From positions 47,337 through 111,336 of the forward strand of contig PAMH01000034.1 of assembly GCA_002707205.1 (NCBI GenBank): 64,000 bases of DNA. The letters are read 5' to 3'. The DNA comes from Legionellales bacterium (GTDB lineage Bacteria > Pseudomonadota > Gammaproteobacteria > UBA1113). Under the pieces are notes generated by a model, which worked only from the letters and a program-made list of their open reading frames with translations, did not search any database and had not been told where the DNA came from. Shown here piece by piece: positions 48,567-59,199 of the stretch (position 1 is the stretch's first letter; each line of letters opens with the position of its first letter). Position numbers and translations under genes: made by a program.

Positions 48567-49607
48567 TTAACTATCAAAAAGGGTTTGATTTAATGCAAAA
48601 TCCTTTGCAACTGCTTTTGCAATAATGTTTTGTTCAACTAAAGTTTTTAAATGCATATCAAGTGTTTGCATGCCCATTTGATGTCCAGTTTGAATCGCTG
48701 AATACATTTGTGCAACCTTATCTTCGCGAATGAGGTTGCGAATAGCTGCGGTACAAAGCATAATCTCGCAAGCAGCAACTCGACCACCACCTATACGCTT
48801 GATTAGAGTTTGAGAAACTACTGCTTGTAATGATTCAGATAACATTGAACGTACCATTTCTTTTTCACCGGCAGGGAAAACATCAATGATCCGGTTAATC
48901 GTTTTAGCTGCAGAGTTAGTATGTAAGGTTGCAAAAACCAAATGACCTGTTTCAGCGGCAGTTAAAGCGAGTTGAATTGTTTCAGGGTCTCGCATTTCAC
49001 CAACCAGGATAATATCTGGGTCTTCACGTAGGGCAGAGCGCAAGGCAGCACTAAAGCTTTTGGTATGCTGATGTACTTCTCTTTGATTGACAAGAGATTT
49101 TTGACTTTCATGAACAAACTCAATGGGGTCTTCAATGGTAAGGATATGTTCGTATCGCGTTTTATTTAGTTGATCTATCATGGCAGCAAGCGTAGTACTT
49201 TTACCAGAGCCTGTTGGACCTGTAACCAAAATTAAGCCATTTTTTTTATTGGATAAGGTTTGTAAAACCGGTGGAAGGTTCAGTTCATCAACAGTTGCAA
49301 CCTTTGATGGGATTGCACGAAATACGCCGGCAGGGCCTCGTTCTTGTTGAAATACATTGACACGAAAACGTGATAATTTTGGAACATCAAAAGAAAAATC
49401 AGTTTCCCAGTTTTGCTCATACATTTTCTGCTGACTATCAGTCATGATATCATACAATAGAGAATGTACGGTTTTTGCATCGAGGTTAGGTAAATTAACT
49501 TTGCGTAAATCCCCATCCACACGAATCATTGGTGGTAAACCGGTAGAAACGTGTAAATCAGATGAATTATTTTTTACGGCGAAAGCGAGTAATTCAGTTA
49601 TATCCAT
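48567..49607 (-). CDS. pilT: Type IV pilus retraction ATPase PilT
   Basis: Walker A GPTGSGKSTT, Asp box, Walker B and His box; 346 aa. Divergent from yggS-proC-yggT, as in Pseudomonas. Confidence 0.9.
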   Translation of the reverse strand: MDITELLAFAVKNNSSDLHVSTGLPPMIRVDGDLRKVNLPNLDAKTVHSLLYDIMTDSQQKMYEQNWETDFSFDVPKLSRFRVNVFQQERGPAGVFRAIPSKVATVDELNLPPVLQTLSNKKNGLILVTGPTGSGKSTTLAAMIDQLNKTRYEHILTIEDPIEFVHESQKSLVNQREVHQHTKSFSAALRSALREDPDIILVGEMRDPETIQLALTAAETGHLVFATLHTNSAAKTINRIIDVFPAGEKEMVRSMLSESLQAVVSQTLIKRIGGGRVAACEIMLCTAAIRNLIREDKVAQMYSAIQTGHQMGMQTLDMHLKTLVEQNIIAKAVAKDFALNQTLFDS

Positions 49608-49627
49608 TGAAAACCTCAGGTTAATCT

Positions 49628-50335
49628 ATGTCAGAACAAAATATTGTAAACAATTTAAAAAATGTACATAAAAGAATTATAGACGCTGCAGCTAACTCTG
49701 GTAGAAATAACCGAGAGATAATATTATTGGCAGTGAGTAAGGCAAAATCAATTGATGATATTTTAACCGCCTATCAGTTTGGACAACGCCATTTTGGTGA
49801 AAACTATGTACAAGAAGCTCTTGAAAAAATCTATAAGCTCGAGCAGTATGCTATTATCTGGCACTTTATCGGTAGAATACAAAGTAATAAAGCGCAGGCA
49901 ATTGCTGAAAATTTTGCATGGGTGCATACAGTAGATAGTGTTAAACATGCAAAACTATTGAATCAATATCGACCTAAAAATTTGCCGCCCCTTAACGTTT
50001 GTATACAAGTTAATGTCAGTAATGAAGCAAATAAAGCGGGTGTTCGTGCTGATGAATTAATGGATTTGGCGGGTCAGATTCGTCAATTGCCGCAATTAAC
50101 TTTACGGGGGTTGATGGCGATACCAAAGTTCAGTATTTATATTGAAGAGCAAAAGGCGTCAGTACAGGCATTGCGTATTTTGGCTGATTTATTGATTGGG
50201 CGAGGATATAATATGGATACTTTATCTATTGGTATGAGTAAAGATTTAGAGATAGCAGTGGCTGAAGGGGCAACAATAGTACGTGTTGGTACTGCTATAT
50301 TCGGTAAAAGAGAGGTAAATGATGATAGCAAATAG
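49628..50335 (+). CDS. yggS: YggS-family pyridoxal phosphate homeostasis protein
   Basis: LLAVSKAKS (PLP lysine) and the alanine-racemase N-fold pattern; ~230 aa. Confidence 0.85.
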   Translation: MSEQNIVNNLKNVHKRIIDAAANSGRNNREIILLAVSKAKSIDDILTAYQFGQRHFGENYVQEALEKIYKLEQYAIIWHFIGRIQSNKAQAIAENFAWVHTVDSVKHAKLLNQYRPKNLPPLNVCIQVNVSNEANKAGVRADELMDLAGQIRQLPQLTLRGLMAIPKFSIYIEEQKASVQALRILADLLIGRGYNMDTLSIGMSKDLEIAVAEGATIVRVGTAIFGKREVNDDSK

Positions 50336-51164
50336 CAAAATCGCGTTTGTTGGCGCGGGAAATATGGCATATAGCTTGATTAGTGGTTTAATTAACTCGG
50401 GCATTAATCCCAAAAATATTTATGCATCAAATCACAATACTGAAAAGCTGAAGACTTTAGAGCAACAGCTCAATATTCATGTGGATACAGATAATAAAAA
50501 AATTGTTCACGATGCACGTGTTGTTATTTTATGTGTAAAACCCAATAAAATAAACTTTTTATTAGAAGAATTACAAGAAATTTTACTTGCACAAAATCCA
50601 TTATTAATATCATTAGCAGCTGGTACATCAATTGAAGCGATTGAATATTTACTTGGTAAACATTTATCTGTTGTGCGAGCTATGCCAAATACGCCATCCG
50701 TCATTTGCGCAGGAGCAACGGGATTATATGCAAATGGATTAGTTTCCGAAAATGAGCAAAGTATCGCCGAGTCTATTTTCCGAAGCGTTGGGATTGTTGT
50801 TTGGGCAAAGCATGAAAAAGAGTTAGATATTATTACTGCCGTGTCAGGTTCAGGGCCTGCTTATGCTTTTTATTTGATGGAAGCAATGGAAAAAGCGGCA
50901 ATTGAAGCTGGACTGTCGTCTGAAACAGCAAGAGTATTGACGATCCAAACTGTATTTGGTGCAAGTAAGTTAGCATTAGAAGATGACGAACATCCACAAG
51001 CATTACGAGAAAAAGTGACGTCACCTAACGGTGTTACTGCGGCTGCGATTGGACATATGATAGAGCAACAGCTTGCACAAACGATCAATGATGCGATTAA
51101 GGTAGGTATTAAACGTGCAGAAGAAATTACGCAGTCAGTACTTGATGCGAGTAAGGATAAATAA
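50319..51164 (+). CDS. proC: Pyrroline-5-carboxylate reductase
   Basis: IAFVGAGNMA Rossmann motif and the P5CR C-terminal dimerisation domain. Confidence 0.9.
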   Translation: MMIANSKIAFVGAGNMAYSLISGLINSGINPKNIYASNHNTEKLKTLEQQLNIHVDTDNKKIVHDARVVILCVKPNKINFLLEELQEILLAQNPLLISLAAGTSIEAIEYLLGKHLSVVRAMPNTPSVICAGATGLYANGLVSENEQSIAESIFRSVGIVVWAKHEKELDIITAVSGSGPAYAFYLMEAMEKAAIEAGLSSETARVLTIQTVFGASKLALEDDEHPQALREKVTSPNGVTAAAIGHMIEQQLAQTINDAIKVGIKRAEEITQSVLDASKDK

Positions 51165-51232
51165 GAGCAAAGTTAGTTTTATAAATCTTTACCTGTACAA
51201 TTACAATTTAAATAAACGCGCAAGAGGCAAAA

Positions 51233-51811
51233 ATGAATTCAACCGAACAAGCATTTGAATTTTTGATTAATGCAGCATTTGATGCAGCCATTTTACTATT
51301 TTTATTTCGGTTTATTTTACAAATAGTGCAAGTGGATTATTACAATCCGTTGACGCAATTTATTGTAAAATATACGAAGCCTATATTAAAACCTTTATCA
51401 AATATTTTACCCACAATTAAAGGTTGGAACTTAGCTGCGTTAGCGGTAATGTTGCTTTTGGAATCGATAAAAATCTATTTAAACATAGAAATAGCAACTG
51501 GTATGATGCCTAATATTCTGGGTATTTTAATTTGGGCGGTTGGAGATTTAATTTATTATTTTTTACATTTATATTTATTTGCAATTTTAGGTTTGGCTAT
51601 TTTAAGTTGGGTAAAACCTACTGGCGGCAATGCCTTGATGGAGATTTTATATAAAATCACGATGCCGTTAATGCGACCAGTTCGCCGAGTAATTCCACCA
51701 ATGGGAGGTATTGATATCAGTCCAATACCAGTGCTTATTGGATTAAAATTTTTGTCAATTTTACTGGTAGAGCCAATTGTTACTGTAGGAATGCGGCTTG
51801 CAGGTAGTTAA
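51233..51811 (+). CDS. yggT: YggT-family membrane protein
   Basis: Two YGGT repeats, hydrophobic; follows proC in the conserved order. Confidence 0.7.
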   Translation: MNSTEQAFEFLINAAFDAAILLFLFRFILQIVQVDYYNPLTQFIVKYTKPILKPLSNILPTIKGWNLAALAVMLLLESIKIYLNIEIATGMMPNILGILIWAVGDLIYYFLHLYLFAILGLAILSWVKPTGGNALMEILYKITMPLMRPVRRVIPPMGGIDISPIPVLIGLKFLSILLVEPIVTVGMRLAGS

Positions 51812-51881
51812 GGTCACAAAATTACTTGAAAAAAACTCAAAAACCGATATGATTAAAAAATTTTCAAGGATATAAATTATT

Positions 51882-53282
51882 ATGCAATCACTTCAAAAAA
51901 ATAAGCATTTGATTGGTGCAATGAGTATTGCAATGATCACTATCACATCCGTAGATAGTATTCGTAACTTACCTGCTATTGCATTATTTGGCACATCGCT
52001 TATATTTTTCTTTTTAATTGGTGCCTTATTCTTTTTAATTCCGAGTGCTATGGCCGCTACAGAATTAGCAACAGGCTGGGATGGCGGCGTATATCACTGG
52101 GTTAAAGAAGCATTCGGAAAAAAATATGGATTTCTCGCAATATGGTTTCAGTGGGTAGAAAATATTATTTGGTATCCTACGTTGTTATCATTTATTGCGG
52201 GTACCTTAGCATATTTAATTTCTCCTGAACTAGCACACAATAAATATTATTTAATTAGCGTAATCGTTGTGACGTTTTGGGGGGTGAGCTTAATCAATTT
52301 TGCAGGTATAAAAATGTCAGCGCGATTAAGCAGCTTATGTGGCGTGCTGGGCTTGATTTTCCCAATGATTTTAATTATTGCCTTTGGTATCGATTGGCTA
52401 ATTCGTGGAGAATCTATTGCAATTAGTTTATCGCCGGCAGCCATATTACCTAACCTGACTGATCCAACGTTAATGGTTTCATTAACTGCGGTGGTTTTAT
52501 GCTTTTGTGGTATGGAGATTGCTACCGTTCACAAACAAGATGTAAGAAATCCTGCTAAAGACTATCCTCGAGCAATGTTTTTGTCGGTTGTATTTATTGT
52601 CATAACCATGCTACTGGGTACACTCGCAATTGCAGTGATTGTGCCACAAAATCAATTAAGTTTAGTTGCTGGTATTATGCAGGCATTTGATATTGTTCTA
52701 AAGGCTGAACATTTTACTTGGTTAGCACCCCTAATCACAATTTCGATAATTTTTGGTAGTTTAGGTGGCTTAAATAATTGGATTATTGCACCAAATCGCG
52801 GATTGCTTTATGCCATGGAAGATTTAAATTTAGGTGAAAAAGTTAGAAAAACAAACAAACGAGGTGTGCCAGTTAAAATTATTTTAATTCAGGCGATTAT
52901 TGTAACATTACTCAGTTTGGTATTTTTATTGATTCCAAGTGTTAATGGTTCTTATTGGATTCTAACAGCTATGACTGCGCAACTTTATATGGGTATGTAT
53001 ATTTTAATGTTTGCTGCTGTAATTAAATTGCGATATTCACAATCAGATGTTGTAAGACCTTACAAAATACCGGGTGGTAAATTTATGGTTTGGCTTATCG
53101 CAGGTATTGGCTTATTAACTAGTATTTTTGTGGTAGGTATTGGTTTTGCGCCACCGCAAAATGTTGATGTTGGTAGCGTATTTCATTATGAAATGATTAT
53201 GATTATTGGTTTGCTAGCATTGTCACTACCACCTTTTGTTGTTTATGCTTTGCAGCAGTGTAAACAACGCCGAAATGGATAG
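51882..53282 (+). CDS. APC-superfamily amino acid permease/antiporter
   Basis: 12 TM helices; APC-like N-terminal region (MSIAMITITSVDSIRNLP...). Confidence 0.75.
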   Translation: MQSLQKNKHLIGAMSIAMITITSVDSIRNLPAIALFGTSLIFFFLIGALFFLIPSAMAATELATGWDGGVYHWVKEAFGKKYGFLAIWFQWVENIIWYPTLLSFIAGTLAYLISPELAHNKYYLISVIVVTFWGVSLINFAGIKMSARLSSLCGVLGLIFPMILIIAFGIDWLIRGESIAISLSPAAILPNLTDPTLMVSLTAVVLCFCGMEIATVHKQDVRNPAKDYPRAMFLSVVFIVITMLLGTLAIAVIVPQNQLSLVAGIMQAFDIVLKAEHFTWLAPLITISIIFGSLGGLNNWIIAPNRGLLYAMEDLNLGEKVRKTNKRGVPVKIILIQAIIVTLLSLVFLLIPSVNGSYWILTAMTAQLYMGMYILMFAAVIKLRYSQSDVVRPYKIPGGKFMVWLIAGIGLLTSIFVVGIGFAPPQNVDVGSVFHYEMIMIIGLLALSLPPFVVYALQQCKQRRNG

Positions 53283-53285
53283 GTT

Positions 53286-53873
53286 ATGAAAATTGTTTTA
53301 GCCAGTAGTAATCAAGGCAAAATAAAAGAAATTAATGACATGTTACAACGACATAATGTCGTTGTTGTGCCACAAAGTGATTATCAAGTGCCTGACGTAG
53401 ATGAGACTGGACTAACGTTCATTGAAAATGCAATTCTTAAAGCTCGTCATGCATGCGCTCATACTGGATTGCCAGCCATAGCAGATGATTCAGGATTGGA
53501 AATAGATTACTTAAATGGAGCGCCGGGCATTTATTCAGCGCGGTATGCCGGCGAGCATGGAAATAATCAAGCAAATAATCAAAAAGTATTAGCGCAGTTA
53601 CTAGATGTGCCAGTTAAGTCACGTGCAGCAAGATTTCGCTGTGTTATGGTGTTGCTGCTTCATGAAAAAGATCCTTCTCCTGTTATTTGTGAAGGTATCT
53701 GGGATGGGCAAATTGCATTTGAAGTTAGTGGTACACAAGGTTTTGGTTACGACCCTATTTTTTATGTTCCAACCGAAAGTTGTACAGCGGCAGAACTAAA
53801 GCCTGAAGTAAAACATACTTTAAGCCATCGCGGCCAAGCAATGAAAAAATTGTTAACTTATTTTCAACGATAA
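53286..53873 (+). CDS. rdgB: dITP/XTP pyrophosphatase (RdgB/Ham1)
   Basis: KIVLASSNQGKIKE...GFGYDPIF Ham1 motifs. Confidence 0.9.
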   Translation: MKIVLASSNQGKIKEINDMLQRHNVVVVPQSDYQVPDVDETGLTFIENAILKARHACAHTGLPAIADDSGLEIDYLNGAPGIYSARYAGEHGNNQANNQKVLAQLLDVPVKSRAARFRCVMVLLLHEKDPSPVICEGIWDGQIAFEVSGTQGFGYDPIFYVPTESCTAAELKPEVKHTLSHRGQAMKKLLTYFQR

Positions 53874-54078
53874 GATAATTAAAATCAACTCAACTCAAGG
53901 AAAAGCAATCCAGCGGATATTTATTGCGTACATTTGCGCTAAATTATATTCTGTCTGAGGACGGCATTAAAAAGATTTGTGTATAAGAGAAAGCACTTTT
54001 AATTAAGTTAAAGTGTGGCTTTTGAATATATTTTTTATTGTTATAATTCTGTATTTTTAAGTTGTAAAGTCTTAAAAA

Positions 54079-54990
54079 TTAAGCCTTTGTAGTCAAACAC
54101 ATATTTGTCATTGTTTCTAAAATTCGTAGTGGTGATTTTTCTGGCATTTGTAAAGCTTCTACTGGCAAATAAAAAGTTTGTTCGAGTAAGTACTGGCCCG
54201 ATAAAGCGGCATGTGACGCTTGGTCTGTAAAAACAATCCAAGTACTATTTGGTTGAAACTCAAAACGTAATTTTTCAACCGTATTTTGATAATGTGTATC
54301 TTTTTTCATAATATCATGCAGTTGCAGCATATAGTGATCATACGCACTTCGTAGTGATTTGGTTAATTTGCATTTATGTAAGAGTTTTGCTTTGGCAGAA
54401 CAGTAACTTTGTGCTGAAGGTAAAAAACGTTTAGCAACATCATTAAAAGGCTCACCTAAATGCCATACTCTGGGCATATGCTCGGGATTGATATTACAAA
54501 ACACACGCAAAATTCTTAGGCCTTGGACTGGAGTTGAAACAAATGCATCAACATGCAGCCTAGAATCATCTTTACGGTAAGATGTTTTTCTATTTTTAAC
54601 CTCTGCGGGACGAAAACTTGTGCGGCCTATGGTTAAATGCTGCTTATAATGCGGTAGAAGGTTACCAATTAAATCCTGTGCATATTTAGCGTATCTTGCC
54701 ATGAAATGGGTTAAAATATCACGTTGCTCTGTTTGATAGTCGGAGCCTGAAATTTTTTGATTCATTGTGTTATAACTTACGTTTTTTGCATTTTTAGCTA
54801 GCGTGTTTGGTGATAATAAAAATGCCTCGTTTTGAGCCACAGAGAATGCACAGTGCGGTAATAAAAGTACCTGTCCAGATTCTAATGCATGAATTGCTTG
54901 ATTTTTATCATCGCTTGAAAATTTAGTATCGTACTTATCTTGAAATTGATAAATAGGGTTATGCATGGTCAATTTTCCTAAATATAGCAT
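54079..54990 (-). CDS. Putative Fe(II)/2-oxoglutarate-type oxygenase-like protein; possibly Kdo hydroxylase (KdoO) family
   Basis: ~300 aa; HVDAF (HxD) plus downstream His residues. Family assignment is from memory and weak. Confidence 0.3.
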   Translation of the reverse strand: MLYLGKLTMHNPIYQFQDKYDTKFSSDDKNQAIHALESGQVLLLPHCAFSVAQNEAFLLSPNTLAKNAKNVSYNTMNQKISGSDYQTEQRDILTHFMARYAKYAQDLIGNLLPHYKQHLTIGRTSFRPAEVKNRKTSYRKDDSRLHVDAFVSTPVQGLRILRVFCNINPEHMPRVWHLGEPFNDVAKRFLPSAQSYCSAKAKLLHKCKLTKSLRSAYDHYMLQLHDIMKKDTHYQNTVEKLRFEFQPNSTWIVFTDQASHAALSGQYLLEQTFYLPVEALQMPEKSPLRILETMTNMCLTTKA

Positions 54991-55227
54991 GTCTCAGTTT
55001 ATGAGAAAATTATTTTGAAATACAATATTTGACGTTGTTTTAATTTAGTAGTCTTGTAAAACGTACATCAATGTGCGTGTAGATAAACGATAAATTGTGT
55101 ATTTCAAGCTCACTGGGGGTCTATTTTGTATAAAAAATAGTGATAATGCAAGTTTTGAGCAGTTGATTTACCTGTGATTTTTGTGTAAGTTTTAAAAGAA
55201 TATACTTAAACTAAATAGAGTTTTCTT

Positions 55228-55713
55228 GTGACAATATCAATTATTGCCGCTATGGCAAAAAATCGTGTTATTGGCTTTGAAAATAAAATGCCTTGGCACT
55301 TACCCGCTGAATTACAGTATTTTAAGAAAGTCACGATGGGCAAGCCTATTATAATGGGGCGAAAAACATTTGAATCAATTGGTAAACCATTACCGGGTAG
55401 AGACAATATTATAATTACCAGACAAGTAGACTATCAATTTAATGGGACTATGGTTGCGCATAGCCTAGAAACCGCTTTGCGGCGCGTGCAACATCATCCT
55501 GAAGTTATGATTATTGGTGGTGCTAATATTTATAAACAGGCTATCCATTTAGCAAATAAAATGTATTTGACGGTTATTGATGCAAGTTTTCAAGGCGATG
55601 CATTTTTTCCAAAATGGGATGCTAAGCAGTGGCACATTACAGCTCAAACCTTTCATCAACCTGATGAAAAAAATGATTATTCTTACACGACACTTGTTTT
55701 AGAAAAGAAATAA
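55228..55713 (+). CDS. folA: Dihydrofolate reductase
   Basis: GTG start; ISIIAAMAKNRVIGFENKMPWHLPAEL...IMGRKTFESIGKPLPGR closely matches FolA. Confidence 0.9.
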   Translation: MTISIIAAMAKNRVIGFENKMPWHLPAELQYFKKVTMGKPIIMGRKTFESIGKPLPGRDNIIITRQVDYQFNGTMVAHSLETALRRVQHHPEVMIIGGANIYKQAIHLANKMYLTVIDASFQGDAFFPKWDAKQWHITAQTFHQPDEKNDYSYTTLVLEKK

Positions 55714-55834
55714 TAGCCTTAACTAACCCAACTTCCTTAAAGTGAGATTGTTAATCTTTTTGTTCTGCGCTCAGCCGCCCTTATAAAAAATTATATTTTG
55801 CAAATAACTTCAATTAATTAAAGGAGAAATTTAA

Positions 55835-56371
55835 ATGAATCATAAAAATTATTTTGTATTAACTGGTGCAATGGGTGCTGGTAAATCTACTGTGCTTAGT
55901 GCATTAAAAGCATTAAAGCTAAGCTGTGTTGATGAACCTGCACGTGAAATTCTTGCGGAGCAGCGATATATTAATGGTAAAGGTGTCCCAGAAATTAATG
56001 CACAATTATTTACAGATTTATTATTGTCACGTGCAATTTATCAATATAAGCAATATCAAAATAAAACTGAAATTGTGATATTTGATCGTGGGATTCCAGA
56101 TAATATTGCGTATGCACAATTATTTAGATTAGATACAGAAGTTTATATTAATGCAGGTAATAATTATAAATATAACGCTACTGTTTTTTTTCTACCGCCA
56201 TGGGAAGCTATCTATAAAAATGATGAAGAAAGAAAAATGACGTTTGCACAAGCTAAGCAGTTTGGATTATCAGTAAAAGCCATTTACGAAAATTTAGGTT
56301 ATGAAATTATTGAGGTTCCAATGCAATCACCCCAAGCGCGAGCAGAATTTATCATGCAGTATTTGCTCTAA
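55835..56371 (+). CDS. P-loop NTPase/kinase-like protein (AAA_28-type)
   Basis: Walker A GAMGAGKST; 178 aa; DRG Walker B-like motif. Confidence 0.55.
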   Translation: MNHKNYFVLTGAMGAGKSTVLSALKALKLSCVDEPAREILAEQRYINGKGVPEINAQLFTDLLLSRAIYQYKQYQNKTEIVIFDRGIPDNIAYAQLFRLDTEVYINAGNNYKYNATVFFLPPWEAIYKNDEERKMTFAQAKQFGLSVKAIYENLGYEIIEVPMQSPQARAEFIMQYLL

Positions 56372-56523
56372 TTTGATAGACATTTAATTGACCAAGGATA
56401 TTGATTTTTGTTAAAATCGTTTTATTAAGTCACATCAGAGGTATTTGTCCAGTGAACATAACACTTTTTTCATAATCATTTACGCCCACATTCGGGCTAT
56501 TATCATGAAAAAAGAGGTTCATT

Positions 56524-58134
56524 ATGGCAAGTCCTAAGTCTATTATTTTAAATCATTTATCTTTTCAGTTACCAAATACCCATATAAAATTTGAGGATAT
56601 CAATTTAACATTTGAGCAAGAAAAATATGGTATCATTGGAAAAAATGGTGTAGGAAAAACTACATTTCTTAAACTGCTTACTGGTGATCTAACACCTGAT
56701 ATGGGTTATGTCACTTTACCAACAATACAATATATTCAACAAGATTCAAGCATGATAAATGCTAAGCAAACTATTAGTGATGTGCTTGGTATTACCGTTT
56801 ATTTACAAGCGTTGCAAAAGATTAACGCTGGCATAGTCGATGACAAATACTATGAGTTGATGGATAAACAGTGGGATATTGAAAAAAGAATTGAGTCAGC
56901 ATTATATCATTATCGTTTATGGCCAATTAATTTGTCACAAACATTTCATACCTTAAGCGGGGGGCAGAAAACTAAAGTAATGCTTGCTAAAATTCATATT
57001 TTTCCAGCAGACTTTTATATTTTAGATGAGCCGACGAATAATTTAGATGCAATTACCCGCCAAACATTGTATCGAGAAATTGCGATGTTGAGATCAGGCG
57101 TTATTTTAGTGAGTCATGACCGAAAATTATTAAATCAATGCAATAAAATACTTGAAATAACCAGCAAAGGCTTTTTAATTTATGGGGGAAATTATGATTT
57201 TTATCGGCAACAAAAAATAGTGCATGAAGCTGCACTTGTACAGGAAGTAAAAGCTACAACTGAAAAACTCAATAAAGCTAAAAATATTGTTCAATCACGT
57301 ATGGAAAAATTTTCTCAAAGTCAATCGCGAGGAAAATTAAAAATTAAGCAGCAAATTAAGGCTAAAGGTCAATATGATAAAATAGCGTTAAAATCTAAAA
57401 AAGGTAAAAGTGAAAATACAAATCGTCGCATTAGGCTACAAGCAGATAGAAAATTAAATACAATTAACGATGCATTAGAAAAAGCAAAGCAAAAAGTTGA
57501 TGTGTCAAAAAAACTCGAGATAAGCTTACCTAAAACAGTTGTCCCAAATGATAAGCAAGTTTTAAACATTGAATCTTTGACATTTTTTTATAATAAACAT
57601 CAATTATTAATTGATAAATTTAATATTGAAATACATGGTGCAAAAAGAGTGGCTATTTGTGGTGCGAATGGCACAGGGAAGTCCACATTAATTAAATTGA
57701 TAAGAGGGGTTTTAAAACCTATCAGTGGTCATATCAATGTAGGTGTGAAAAATAAAGTTTATTTAGACCAATCTGTTAGCCTTTTACAGGATGAATTATC
57801 TGTGTTAGATAATTATTTAAAAATAAATACCCATGCAACGATTAATGAGGCACATCATGCATTAGCATCATTTGAATTTAGAAATCATACAGCTAAAAAA
57901 CTCGTACGTAATTTAAGTGGCGGTGAAAAAATGCGAGCAGGTCTTGCTGTGAGTCTTATGGCTCCTGAGCCTCCGCAATTAATTTTATTAGATGAGCCAA
58001 CTAATCATTTGGATTTGGAAACAATTTTGGCTATTGAATCTGCATTGAATATTTATCAAGGCGCTATTCTTGCTATTTCCCATGATGATGTTTTTCTTAA
58101 AAATATTGGAATTATGCAACATATTAAAATGTAG
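56524..58134 (+). CDS. ABC-F family ATPase (two tandem ABC domains, no TM domain)
   Basis: Two Walker A motifs (GKNGVGKTT, GANGTGKST), two LSGGQ/LSGGEK signatures and a Lys-rich inter-domain linker. Confidence 0.85.
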   Translation: MASPKSIILNHLSFQLPNTHIKFEDINLTFEQEKYGIIGKNGVGKTTFLKLLTGDLTPDMGYVTLPTIQYIQQDSSMINAKQTISDVLGITVYLQALQKINAGIVDDKYYELMDKQWDIEKRIESALYHYRLWPINLSQTFHTLSGGQKTKVMLAKIHIFPADFYILDEPTNNLDAITRQTLYREIAMLRSGVILVSHDRKLLNQCNKILEITSKGFLIYGGNYDFYRQQKIVHEAALVQEVKATTEKLNKAKNIVQSRMEKFSQSQSRGKLKIKQQIKAKGQYDKIALKSKKGKSENTNRRIRLQADRKLNTINDALEKAKQKVDVSKKLEISLPKTVVPNDKQVLNIESLTFFYNKHQLLIDKFNIEIHGAKRVAICGANGTGKSTLIKLIRGVLKPISGHINVGVKNKVYLDQSVSLLQDELSVLDNYLKINTHATINEAHHALASFEFRNHTAKKLVRNLSGGEKMRAGLAVSLMAPEPPQLILLDEPTNHLDLETILAIESALNIYQGAILAISHDDVFLKNIGIMQHIKM

Positions 58135-58260
58135 AAAGAGGTAGAGCAGCAATGCTTTTTAAATTTTATAGTCTATTCATTTTTTCTTAATTTTTAACCT
58201 TTATTACAGATAAGATATGTTATAATCTTAATAGTAAAAAAAGTTATAAAGGATTTTGTT

Positions 58261-59019
58261 ATGTTAACAACAAAAGATAATACTCGACTTTTAGCGACAG
58301 CGGGGAAAGGCAATGAGTCTGCTCAAGCGATGCAATCAAAAAAAATTGAAGATCAGCAAAAGTCAGAGAAAACAAAATTGATTAAGGCTCAAATTAAGTG
58401 TGAGCAATTTGAGATAAAATCTCAAGAGAGTGACTTGACATCTACTGAAAAGAAAGAAATGGACAATAATCAAAAAGTGCGGGATCAAATGCTTGATAAA
58501 TATTCGGCATATAAAGAGATGAATAGTGAAGAAATGATAAAAACATACGAAGATGAATTTAAAGAAAGCTTTACAGGTAATATTAGTGCTATTGAGTATG
58601 ATAAAGAGCCAGGTAAAAAATCATTGGAAGAACTCTATGAAGAAAAATTTCCTGGGCGTAAAGATAATGATAATGAGGCTAAGAATAAGCTACCGCTTAT
58701 GATTCAGCTTCTATTCGGCGGCAATGAATCTAATGAAGATGCTATGCAAAATCAAAAAAGTTTATATTTTGAATCATCTGAAGAACTCACTCAATTCCTA
58801 CAAGATGCGGCTGCTGAAGGTATAAAGATGCGAATAATGGATGAAAACGGTAAAGTAATGGCTTATTCCAATGGGGATGGTAAACTTTATCATGCAGATA
58901 ATGGCCTTAAATTTGAGACTGGGGATTCTTTAAGGAGTAGTGATATGTTTCTTGATGAGTTTATAGCTCAACAAACTGAGCAAGCTCAACAAAACGCGTT
59001 ACCAACAATGAAACCTTAG
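58261..59019 (+). CDS. Hypothetical acidic coiled-coil protein (252 aa). Effector-like.
   Basis: Rich in K/E/Q/N; no motifs recognised. Confidence 0.4.
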   Translation: MLTTKDNTRLLATAGKGNESAQAMQSKKIEDQQKSEKTKLIKAQIKCEQFEIKSQESDLTSTEKKEMDNNQKVRDQMLDKYSAYKEMNSEEMIKTYEDEFKESFTGNISAIEYDKEPGKKSLEELYEEKFPGRKDNDNEAKNKLPLMIQLLFGGNESNEDAMQNQKSLYFESSEELTQFLQDAAAEGIKMRIMDENGKVMAYSNGDGKLYHADNGLKFETGDSLRSSDMFLDEFIAQQTEQAQQNALPTMKP

Positions 59020-59199
59020 TCATTAAGTAACAACACGTCTCTTTTTAGATATTTATTGTTTATTTTTATTAATAAAATACTGCTTGAGAGTAACGCGCGT
59101 TTCTTAATTTAATTATTGCCTTTGTAATTTATCTCAGTTAAACTTCCCTCGAATTAAACTTTGTAAGAGTTAAACCTTCATAGGGATAGGGGTAAAATT

